Source: Patescibacteria group bacterium (GTDB lineage Bacteria > Patescibacteriota > Patescibacteriia > UBA2591 > UBA6264). From it: a DNA stretch of 32,000 bases. The notes beneath the pieces are model-generated. The model was not told where the DNA came from. It was given only the letters and a program-made list of their open reading frames with translations, and did not search any database. The stretch covers positions 1 to 32,000 of the forward strand of contig JAQTOB010000006.1 in the NCBI GenBank assembly GCA_028713575.1, written 5' to 3'. Numbering within the stretch: the first letter of the stretch is position 1; every line of letters starts with the position of its first letter. Made by a program: the position numbers and the translations under genes. Positions 7,706-15,219 of this stretch are shown here, one piece after another.

Positions 7706-7714
7706 CGAGCGCAT

Positions 7715-8125
7715 ATGTTAATGCCCAAAAAACAAAAACACCGGAAAAGTCATAAGGGCCGGCATAGAAAAAAGGGAAACTCAACCAGAGGGATAAGCCT
7801 TGCTTTTGGTGAATACGGTTTAAAAAGCTTGGAACATAAATGGATTACTGCCAGACAAATTGAGGCGGTACGCCGCACCCTTACTCGTGTTTTCAAAAAG
7901 AAAGGAAGAATTTGGGTTAGAATTTTTCCTCATAAACCAGTAACCGCCAAAGGAGCAGAAGTCCCCATGGGCAAGGGGAAGGGAACGGTTGATCATTTTG
8001 TCGCCACAGTTAGGCCGGGAATGATTCTTTTTGAAATGACCGGAGTGCCGGAAGACGTGGCTAAAAAATCTTTTAAATCAGCGGCTCATAAATTACCGAT
8101 TAAAACGAAATTTATTACCAAATGA
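7715..8125 (+). CDS. rplP: 50S ribosomal protein L16
   Basis: MLMPKKQKHRKSHKGR ... ITARQIEAVRR. Confidence 0.98.
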   Translation: MLMPKKQKHRKSHKGRHRKKGNSTRGISLAFGEYGLKSLEHKWITARQIEAVRRTLTRVFKKKGRIWVRIFPHKPVTAKGAEVPMGKGKGTVDHFVATVRPGMILFEMTGVPEDVAKKSFKSAAHKLPIKTKFITK

Positions 8126-8310
8126 AAATGAAAATAAAAGAATTGAAACAAAAAAGCAAACAAGAATTAGAAAAATTATTGAGAGAAATAAAAGAAAATT
8201 TAAGGTTTTTAAATTTTGATTTACAATTAAAACAATCAAAAAACGTAAGAGAAATAAGAAAATCAAAAAAACTAATCGCAAAAATTCTTACTATTATTAA
8301 CCAAAAATGA
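8122..8310 (+). CDS. rpmC: 50S ribosomal protein L29
   Basis: ATGA overlap with the rplP stop. 62-aa helical K/E-rich protein (ELKQKSKQELEKLL) in the conserved position. Confidence 0.92.
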   Translation: MKMKIKELKQKSKQELEKLLREIKENLRFLNFDLQLKQSKNVREIRKSKKLIAKILTIINQK

Positions 8311-8350
8311 GTCCGCTTTAATGGAGTTTCACATAAATTAATATTTATAT

Positions 8351-8605
8351 ATGTCAAAAAAAAATTTTAACAAGGCAAATAAAAAAAGATTATTTAAGGG
8401 GACAGTAGTTAGTAATAAGATGGATAAGACAGCAGTGGTTAAAATAGATAGAATAAAAATTCATCCGGTTTATAAAAAAAGATATAAAGTAAGCAAAAAA
8501 TATAAAATTCATGACCCCAAAAATGAGGCCAAGATAGGGGACCAGGTAGTTTTTGAGGAATGCCGCCCTTTATCAAAGGACAAAAGATGGCGTTTGGTAA
8601 AATGA
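8351..8605 (+). CDS. rpsQ: 30S ribosomal protein S17
   Basis: [18 protein letters not shown] ... [13 protein letters not shown]. Confidence 0.96.
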   Translation: MSKKNFNKANKKRLFKGTVVSNKMDKTAVVKIDRIKIHPVYKKRYKVSKKYKIHDPKNEAKIGDQVVFEECRPLSKDKRWRLVK

Positions 8606-8634
8606 ATACTCAAGAATTTAGAGGCGAATAAAAT

Positions 8635-8651
8635 ACGAATTACAAATTCGT
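8635..8651 (+). promoter_or_regulatory. perfect 7-bp hairpin ACGAATT-ACA-AATTCGT within a cluster of CGAAT/ATTCG arms
   Basis: Read directly from the sequence. Additional ATTCGT copies follow at 8653-8658 and 8663-8668, and GCGAAT precedes at about 8623. Confidence 0.5.
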
Positions 8652-8697
8652 GATTCGTGGAAATTCGTTAAGAATTCATAAAAATTAATTTATTTAT

Positions 8698-9069
8698 ATG
8701 ATTCAACCGAGAACAATATTAAAAATTATTGATAATACTGGAGCCAAAGAAATAATGTGCATTCATGTTTTTGGCGGTTATAAAAAACGTTATGCCTATC
8801 TCGGTGATATTATTACGGCGACGATTAAAAAAGCGACCCCTCATACTTCGGTTAAAAAGGGGCAAATAGTTCACGCCGTTATTGTCAGAACAAAAAAAGA
8901 ACATCGCCGACGCGACGGAACATATATTCGATTTGATGATAACGCGGCCGTGATAATTGATAAAAAAAATAAAGAACCGAAAGGAAATAGGCTTTTTGGC
9001 GCCGTCGCCAGAGAATTAAGAGAAAAAGGTTTTATTAAAATAATTTCGTTAGCGCCAGAAGTTTTGTAA
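8698..9069 (+). CDS. rplN: 50S ribosomal protein L14
   Basis: [17 protein letters not shown]. Confidence 0.98.
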   Translation: MIQPRTILKIIDNTGAKEIMCIHVFGGYKKRYAYLGDIITATIKKATPHTSVKKGQIVHAVIVRTKKEHRRRDGTYIRFDDNAAVIIDKKNKEPKGNRLFGAVARELREKGFIKIISLAPEVL

Positions 9070-9081
9070 GTTAATAAAATT

Positions 9082-9390
9082 ATGAAAATTAAAAAAGGAG
9101 ATACAGTGCAAATAATCAGTGGCAAAGATAAAGAAAAAAAAGGAAAAGTTCTTAAAGTTTTGCCTAAAAACAACAAGATAGTTGTTGAGGGTTTAAATTT
9201 AGTAACTAAACATGTTCATTCGCGACGGGCGGGAGAAAAAGGACAGCGAATTAAAATGGCGATGCCCTTGACCGTTTCAAATGTTTTACTGATTTGTCCG
9301 CGTTGTAAAAAATCAATCAGGGCTGGTTATAAAGTTTTGGCTGACGGAGTAAAAAAAAGATTTTGCCGGAAATGCAAAGACGTTTTTTAA
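9082..9390 (+). CDS. rplX: 50S ribosomal protein L24 with C-terminal CxxC...CxxC
   Basis: KIKKGDTVQIISGKDKEKKGKV KOW motif. Cys at residues 72, 75, 95 and 98. Confidence 0.96.
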   Translation: MKIKKGDTVQIISGKDKEKKGKVLKVLPKNNKIVVEGLNLVTKHVHSRRAGEKGQRIKMAMPLTVSNVLLICPRCKKSIRAGYKVLADGVKKRFCRKCKDVF

Positions 9391-9447
9391 AAATTAATTT
9401 TGAAAATGACCGCGTGAAATTAAAATTGACATATTTTACACTTTATT

Positions 9448-9993
9448 ATGAATTTAAAAGAACATTATTTTAAAAAAGTAATTCCGAAATTAACTGAAAT
9501 TTTTGAATATAAAAACAAACATGCTATCCCTAAAATAGATAAAGTAATAGTTAACGTTGGTTTAAATCGGGCAATGACAGAAAAAGATCAAAAATATATA
9601 GATTTGGTAATGGAAACAATTTCTAAAATTACCGGACAAAGACCAGTTGTTAATTTGTCTAAAAAATCAATTGCGGGCTTTAAAATAAGAGAAGGAATCC
9701 CCGTAGGGATGCACACGACATTGAGGGGACAAAAAATGTATGATTTTATGGGAAAATTGATTAATATTGCTTTAGCAAGAATTAGAGATTTCCGCGGCTT
9801 AGACCAAAGAAATATTGATCAAAAAGGCAATTTATCCATTGGACTAAGAGAGCAAACCATTTTTCCGGAAATACTTCAGGAGAGCATTGAAAAGACCCAT
9901 GGATTACAGGTGGTAATTACCACTACAGCCAAAAGGAGAGAAGAGGCCATAGAATTGTTTAAATTATTAGGATTTCCTTTTAGGAGAGAATAA
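9448..9993 (+). CDS. rplE: 50S ribosomal protein L5
   Basis: Full-length similarity (NVGLNRA..., RDFRGL). Confidence 0.97.
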   Translation: MNLKEHYFKKVIPKLTEIFEYKNKHAIPKIDKVIVNVGLNRAMTEKDQKYIDLVMETISKITGQRPVVNLSKKSIAGFKIREGIPVGMHTTLRGQKMYDFMGKLINIALARIRDFRGLDQRNIDQKGNLSIGLREQTIFPEILQESIEKTHGLQVVITTTAKRREEAIELFKLLGFPFRRE

Positions 9994-10059
9994 TTTCTAT
10001 TTAGGAGTATAATATTTAGGACTATAAATTGAAAATTCAAAATAAATAGTGAAGTATTT

Positions 10060-10245
10060 ATGTCTACTAAAGCGCAAGCTAATAAATCAAAAAGAAAACC
10101 AAAATACCAAACAAGAATTGTTCGCCGTTGTTGGCGTTGCGGACGAAGGCATGGTTATATGAGAGAGTTTGATCTTTGTCGGATTTGTTTTAGAGAATTG
10201 GCGAACAAAGGGGTTATCCCCGGCGTCAGAAAATCTTCTTGGTAA
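10060..10245 (+). CDS. rpsN: 30S ribosomal protein S14, zinc-binding Z type (61 aa)
   Basis: [23 protein letters not shown], i.e. CxxC...CxxC, and short form. Confidence 0.96.
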   Translation: MSTKAQANKSKRKPKYQTRIVRRCWRCGRRHGYMREFDLCRICFRELANKGVIPGVRKSSW

Positions 10246-10367
10246 GGGATGCAAGTTAAAACGTTTATTTGAATTAAAATAAATTTATAGATAAAATTTA
10301 ACTTTAATTGATGTTAAAATTAATGTTAAATTGTTTCAATTTTAAAATGTTAAAATGAATTTACATT

Positions 10368-10775
10368 ATGACTGATCCAATCGCTGACATGTTAACAAGA
10401 ATTCGCAATACTCTGATGGTTAAAAAAACAGAGGTAGTTTTGCCTTATTCAAAAATTAAATTTGCTTTAGCGAAAATTTTAGAACAAGAAAAGTGGATAG
10501 AAAAAGCGGAAGTTTTTGGCCCCGGAGACGAAGAAAAAAAATTTATTAAAAAAATAAGGATTGTTTTAAAATACGAAGAAAATGGTCAATCATTGATTAA
10601 AACTATTAAAAGAATCAGCAAACCAGGCCGTCGAGTTTATGTAAAAAAAGATAAGATTAATAAGGTTTTAAACGGACAGGGAATTAATGTTTTGTCTACT
10701 TCACAGGGATTAATGATTGGCCAAAGAGCGAAAGAAAAAGGATTGGGAGGAGAAGTAATTTGCGAAATATGGTAA
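10368..10775 (+). CDS. rpsH: 30S ribosomal protein S8
   Basis: MTDPIADMLTRIRN. Confidence 0.97.
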   Translation: MTDPIADMLTRIRNTLMVKKTEVVLPYSKIKFALAKILEQEKWIEKAEVFGPGDEEKKFIKKIRIVLKYEENGQSLIKTIKRISKPGRRVYVKKDKINKVLNGQGINVLSTSQGLMIGQRAKEKGLGGEVICEIW

Positions 10776-10801
10776 TAAATTCAATCCGTCAACTAACGGA
10801 C

Positions 10802-10872
10802 AAAATTAAAATTAATGATAAATAATAAATTTCCGCTTGTCGGAATACCTAAATTTTGTATTTAGCAAAACA
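10802..10872 (+). repeat. spacer element copy C (truncated; mini-ORF 10815-10865, hairpin 10831-10845)
   Basis: The 45-nt core at 10818-10862 matches copy A 6836-6880 with 2 mismatches. The 3' end TATTTAGCAAAAC is a degraded GCATTTAGCGAAG. Confidence 0.85.
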
Positions 10873-10875
10873 TTT

Positions 10876-11424
10876 ATGTCAAGAATAGGCAAAAAACCAA
10901 TTTCTATTCCAGAAAAAACAGAAATAAAAATTGAAGACCAACAAATATCAGTTAGGGGACTAAGGGGAGAGTTAAAACAAACTTTGCCGAAATTTTTAAA
11001 GATAGAAATAAAAGAAAATCAATTGAATATTTTTGTTGAAAATCCAGAAGAAAAAAATCAACGTTCTTGTTGGGGTACGTTTAATGTTTTAATTTCCAAT
11101 ATGATTCATGGCGTTAACCAAGGTTTTGAAAAAAAATTGGAATTAGTCGGCGTTGGTTATCGGGCAAAAACAGACAATGACAAATTAATTCTTAATATTG
11201 GTTTTTCTCATCCTGTTGAATTTATTTTACCGGTCGGGATTAAAGCGATTGTTGAGCAAAATATTATTACAATTCAAGGCATTGATAAGCAATTAGTGGG
11301 AGAAATTGCGGCCCAAATTAGAAAGTTAAAAAAACCAGAACCTTATAAAGGGAAGGGAATAAAATATATTGATGAAATAATAAGAAGAAAATCAGGCAAA
11401 AAAGCCGCCACCAGTTCTTCTTAA
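10876..11424 (+). CDS. rplF: 50S ribosomal protein L6
   Basis: The canonical N-terminus MSRIGKKPI starts at ATG 10876. The ORF-track TTG at 10837 reads through repeat copy C and is unlikely to be the start. Confidence 0.95.
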   Translation: MSRIGKKPISIPEKTEIKIEDQQISVRGLRGELKQTLPKFLKIEIKENQLNIFVENPEEKNQRSCWGTFNVLISNMIHGVNQGFEKKLELVGVGYRAKTDNDKLILNIGFSHPVEFILPVGIKAIVEQNIITIQGIDKQLVGEIAAQIRKLKKPEPYKGKGIKYIDEIIRRKSGKKAATSSS

Positions 11425-11437
11425 AAAGTGAATATTT

Positions 11438-11809
11438 ATGAAAAAAATATTAAAATATATAAAAAGACAAATGCGCCATAAACGCATTAGGAAAAAAATT
11501 AAAGGAACGGCCGAGTGTCCGCGAGTTAGTATTTTTCGTAGCAATAAGTATATTTATCTTCAGTTGATTGATGACGAGAAGAGAAGAACTTTGGCCGCAG
11601 TTGATGATAGAAATTTAAAATTAAAAAACGAAAAAAAGAATGAATTATCAGAAAAAATAGCCAGTGCTTTTGTCGCCGGCAAGTTATTGGCGGAAATGGC
11701 TAAAAAACAAAAGTTAAAAAAAATAGTTTTTGATCGTGGCGGGTACAGATATCACGGACGGATAAAAGCAGTTGCCGACGGCTTGCGCGAGGGAGGATTG
11801 GAATTTTAA
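11438..11809 (+). CDS. rplR: 50S ribosomal protein L18
   Basis: RVSIFRSNKYIYLQLIDD ... FDRGGYRYHGRIKAVADGLREGGL. Confidence 0.97.
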   Translation: MKKILKYIKRQMRHKRIRKKIKGTAECPRVSIFRSNKYIYLQLIDDEKRRTLAAVDDRNLKLKNEKKNELSEKIASAFVAGKLLAEMAKKQKLKKIVFDRGGYRYHGRIKAVADGLREGGLEF

Positions 11810-11832
11810 TGTTTTTATTATAAACGATTATT

Positions 11833-12318
11833 ATGGTTAAAGAAAAAAGAATTAAAAGTAAATCTTTGCCCGGCTTAAGAACAGAGCCAGAATTTGCTCA
11901 GCAGTTGGTAGATTTGGCTAGAGTAACTAGGGTGGTTAAGGGAGGAAAACGTTTAAGTTTTCGAGCCTGTATTGTTATTGGCAATCATAAAGGAGAAGTG
12001 GGAACGGGAATCGCCAAAGGAATGGATGTCTCCATTGCGGTTGAAAAAGCGGTGAGAAAAGCCAACAAGAATTTAATTAAAATTCCCATCATTAACGATA
12101 CTATTCCGCATTGGGTAAAAGCAAAATATGGCGCGGCAAAAGTTTTATTGCGGCCGGCCAGCAAAGGGCATGGAATTGTCGCCGGTGGAGCAGCGAGAAC
12201 AGTTCTCTTATTAACGGGGATTAAAAATATCACCGCTAAGATATTGGGGTCAAAAAATAAAATTAATAATGTTCAAGCGACATTAAAAGCCCTAGAAATG
12301 TTAAAACTTAAAGAATAA
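11833..12318 (+). CDS. rpsE: 30S ribosomal protein S5
   Basis: VTRVVKGGKRLSFRA ... GTGIAKG. Confidence 0.97.
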   Translation: MVKEKRIKSKSLPGLRTEPEFAQQLVDLARVTRVVKGGKRLSFRACIVIGNHKGEVGTGIAKGMDVSIAVEKAVRKANKNLIKIPIINDTIPHWVKAKYGAAKVLLRPASKGHGIVAGGAARTVLLLTGIKNITAKILGSKNKINNVQATLKALEMLKLKE

Positions 12319-12325
12319 TAAATTT

Positions 12326-12778
12326 ATGTCTATTCAATTATCTAATCTAAAACCGAATCCTAAATCAAAGACCAGACGCAAAAGAGTTGGGCGCGGCAAT
12401 AATGCTTCTGACCCGGGTAATTATTGTGGTCGGGGAATGAAAGGACAACGCTCAAGAAGCGGAGGGAAAAAAGGATTAAAAATTAAGGGCCTAAAAAACG
12501 TTTTAAGAAGCTTTCCCAAGACAAAAGGATTTAAATCCAAAAATTTAAAATTTAAGATAATTAATTTATCCGTGATAGAAAAAATATTTAATGACAATGA
12601 TTTAATTGATGCGAATAAATTAACACAAATTAATTTAATTAAGAATAAAAATGATAAAATTAAAGTTTTGGCCAAGGGAGAATTAAAAAAGAAATTAACG
12701 GTTAGGGCCCATGCTTTTTCTCAAAAGGCGGAAGAATTAATTAAAAAAGCTGGAGGAAAAGTAATTAAAATTCAATAA
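12326..12778 (+). CDS. rplO: 50S ribosomal protein L15
   Basis: RKRVGRGNNA...GRGMKGQRSRSGG. It follows rpsE directly with no L30 gene between them. Confidence 0.96.
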   Translation: MSIQLSNLKPNPKSKTRRKRVGRGNNASDPGNYCGRGMKGQRSRSGGKKGLKIKGLKNVLRSFPKTKGFKSKNLKFKIINLSVIEKIFNDNDLIDANKLTQINLIKNKNDKIKVLAKGELKKKLTVRAHAFSQKAEELIKKAGGKVIKIQ

Positions 12779-12788
12779 ATAATTTAAA

Positions 12789-14063
12789 ATGTTTGAGAAA
12801 ATAAAACAAATTTGGCAAATTAAAGACTTAAAAAAAAGTTTTTTATTTGTTTTGGGTATGTTGGTTATTTTTCGCATTGCCGCCCATATCCCTATCCCCG
12901 GCATTAACATAGAAAATTTAAAAGAACTTTTTAGCCGTAATGAAATGTTGGGAATGTTAAATATCCTCTCCGGCGGCGCCATGGCCAATTTTTCTTTAGT
13001 TGCCATGGGCGTTGCGCCGTATATTACCGCTTCAATTATTATTCAGCTTTTAACCATGATTATTCCTCGTTTAGAAGAGTTAAGCAAAGAGGGGGCGACC
13101 GGTCATCAAAAAATAAATCAATATTCTCGATTATTAACCGTACCCTTGGCGATTTTGCAATCTTACGCCATGATTATGATTTTTCGTCAATCTGGGCAAG
13201 AGATTGTCGGCTCTTTATCAAAATTTGAGTTGTTTAATGTGGTTATGGTTATGACGGCAGGAACGATTTTTTTGATGTGGCTTGGCGAATTAATCACGGA
13301 GAAAAAAATAGGTAATGGAGTTTCTTTGCTTATTTTTGCCGGAATTGTGGAAAAAATTCCTACTTCAGTACAACAAACAATCGCCACCTTTTCCAATGAC
13401 CAAATATTTAATTTATTGATTTTAATTGTTTTGTCTTTAATTACTATTGCCGGGGTGGTGGTTATTACGGAAGGACAAAGAAATATTCCAGTTACTTATG
13501 CTCGTCGTATTCGCGGCAATCGCATGTATGGAGGAACAGACACTTATTTGCCGTTGAAAGTAAATCAGGCCGGGATGATTCCAATTATCTTTGCCATTTC
13601 CATTGTTTTGTTTCCGGGCTTGATTGGACAACTAATGTCCCGTTCCGGTTCAGTATTTATAAATAAATTGGGACAAATTTTTATGACTTTTACCCAAAAT
13701 CAATTGATTTATGGGTTGTTGTATTTTATTTTAGTGGTTGCCTTTACTTATTTTTATACCAGCATTATATTTCATCCAACTCAGATTGCGGATAATTTAC
13801 AAAAACAAGGAGGATTTATTCCGGGCTTAAGGCCCGGTCAGCCGACAGCCGACCATTTGAGCGCCATTAGTACCAGAATTATGTTGGTGGGCGCTTTGTT
13901 TTTGGGATTAATCGCAGTTTTGCCGATTATTACGCAAAATATTTTTAAATTTTCAACTTTTGCTGTTGGTGGCGCCGCCATTTTAATTGTGGTTAGCGTA
14001 GTTTTAGAAACAGTAAAACAGATTCAAGCGCAGATTTCTATGCATGAATACGAAGGGATATAA
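12789..14063 (+). CDS. secY: preprotein translocase subunit SecY
   Basis: 10-TM profile with GINIENL, GVAPYITASII and GNGVSLLIF motifs. Confidence 0.97.
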   Translation: MFEKIKQIWQIKDLKKSFLFVLGMLVIFRIAAHIPIPGINIENLKELFSRNEMLGMLNILSGGAMANFSLVAMGVAPYITASIIIQLLTMIIPRLEELSKEGATGHQKINQYSRLLTVPLAILQSYAMIMIFRQSGQEIVGSLSKFELFNVVMVMTAGTIFLMWLGELITEKKIGNGVSLLIFAGIVEKIPTSVQQTIATFSNDQIFNLLILIVLSLITIAGVVVITEGQRNIPVTYARRIRGNRMYGGTDTYLPLKVNQAGMIPIIFAISIVLFPGLIGQLMSRSGSVFINKLGQIFMTFTQNQLIYGLLYFILVVAFTYFYTSIIFHPTQIADNLQKQGGFIPGLRPGQPTADHLSAISTRIMLVGALFLGLIAVLPIITQNIFKFSTFAVGGAAILIVVSVVLETVKQIQAQISMHEYEGI

Positions 14064-14072
14064 TTTTTCATT

Positions 14073-14792
14073 ATGTTTGAGCAAGACAAGGGAAAAATTA
14101 GAAAATTAAAAATTGTTTTTATCGGTCGACCTGGTTCTGGCAAGGGAACGCAGGTTGATTTATTACACAAGAGATTAGGATTGATTTTAATTCCTTCACC
14201 AGGAGAAATTTATCGCGACCAGGAATTTAGAAAAACAGAATTGGGCAAAAAAATTTTTCCTCTTATTGACCGGGGAGAATTTGCGCCAAACGAAGTGACT
14301 AATCAATTGATGAAGGAAAAAATATTGAAGTTGACAGAGAATAATACTAAGGGTTTTATTTCTGAAGGATATCCTCGGACTTTAGGACAAGCGGAATTTG
14401 CCGACAAGGAAATCGGAATTGATTTGCTGATTAATTTAGAGGTGCCGGAAAAAGAAATTATTCAAAGATTATCTAATCGCCGCATTTGTCCGAAATGTAA
14501 AGTTAATTATAATTTAATTAAGAAACCGCCAAAAAAGGAAAATATTTGTGATTTATGTCAGGTTCCGTTAATTCAGAGAGATGATGATAAGAGAAAGGCG
14601 GTTGAAAATAGAATGAAAGTTTATCGTGAGACCGCGGAGCCAACCATTGCTTATTATCGCCGGCAAGACAAGGTGATTGATGTTAATGGAAACCAGTCTG
14701 TAGATAATGTTTTTGAAGAAATAATTTCCTTATTGCGCGAGAAAACAACAGATAGCAAAACAGAAATGATTCCGGGCAACCATAGGGCATAA
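14073..14792 (+). CDS. adk: adenylate kinase (zinc-LID form)
   Basis: GRPGSGKGTQ, EGYPRTLGQA and CPKC...CDLC. Confidence 0.95.
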   Translation: MFEQDKGKIRKLKIVFIGRPGSGKGTQVDLLHKRLGLILIPSPGEIYRDQEFRKTELGKKIFPLIDRGEFAPNEVTNQLMKEKILKLTENNTKGFISEGYPRTLGQAEFADKEIGIDLLINLEVPEKEIIQRLSNRRICPKCKVNYNLIKKPPKKENICDLCQVPLIQRDDDKRKAVENRMKVYRETAEPTIAYYRRQDKVIDVNGNQSVDNVFEEIISLLREKTTDSKTEMIPGNHRA

Positions 14793-14838
14793 ATTTTTTC
14801 TGAGATTACTTGGGATTTTAAAAGGTCAATTATTTATT

Positions 14839-15110
14839 CCGGGGCCTGGGGTCTTTCCGGGGCCTGGGGTCTGACCCCATAAACAAGCCCCCCAAAATCC
14901 GCATCAATAAAGGTTTATAGGGCGAAATTTTAAAAATGGCGTAATTTTGACCCCTTTTTACAAATTAATTTATTCTATTTATTCTGGGGTCTGACCCCAT
15001 AAACAAGCCCCCCAAAATCCGCACCAATAAAGGTTTATAGGGCGAAATTTTAAAAATGGTGTAATTTTGACCCCTTTTTACAAATAAATCCTTTTTATTC
15101 CGGGGTCTTC
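14839..15110. repeat. 120-bp tandem repeat, two full units (14864-14965 and 14984-15085) plus boundary fragments
   Basis: The units differ at 2 of 102 positions (14904 T/C, 14940 C/T). The boundary word TTATTC(C/T)GGGGTCT occurs at about 14834, 14978 and 15096. An 18-bp mini-duplication CCGGGGCCTGGGGTCT(TT/GA) lies at 14839-14874. Confidence 0.9.
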
Positions 15111-15157
15111 ACAAATTCCAAGCACCAAATTACAAACAATATCCAATGACCAAAATT

Positions 15158-15211
15158 CTAATGACCGAAATCCAAAATTTAAAATAAGAAAGTTTGAAAT
15201 TTTAAGCGAAG
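15158..15211 (+). repeat. degenerate copy D of the spacer element (5' ATGACC...AAAATTTAAAAT and 3' AAATTTTAAGCGAAG modules, middle missing)
   Basis: Hand alignment to copy B. AGCGAAG at 15205-15211 lies 8 nt before the map ATG. Confidence 0.55.
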
Positions 15212-15219
15212 CGATTTAT

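Noticed and set aside
8650-10358. Additional short ORFs ending 9-10 nt before rplN (GTG 8650-8688) and rpsH (ATG 10311-10358), considered as further bridging uORFs
   Set aside because: In stop-rich AT-rich spacers an ORF ending within about 20 nt of the next start is expected by chance. These have no paralogues and one needs a GTG start without any SD. Only the A/B/C family has homology support.
10837-10875. TTG start extending rplF by 13 codons
   Set aside because: The extension reads through repeat element copy C. The canonical L6 N-terminus MSRIGKKPI begins at ATG 10876.
14864-15085. Tandem repeat considered as a CRISPR array or tandem riboswitch
   Set aside because: The units are about 102 nt of near-identical sequence with a short variable junction, not 25-40-nt repeats with unique spacers. 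No cas genes are present. Tandem riboswitch aptamers are not about 98% identical. It is kept as an unexplained repeat finding.
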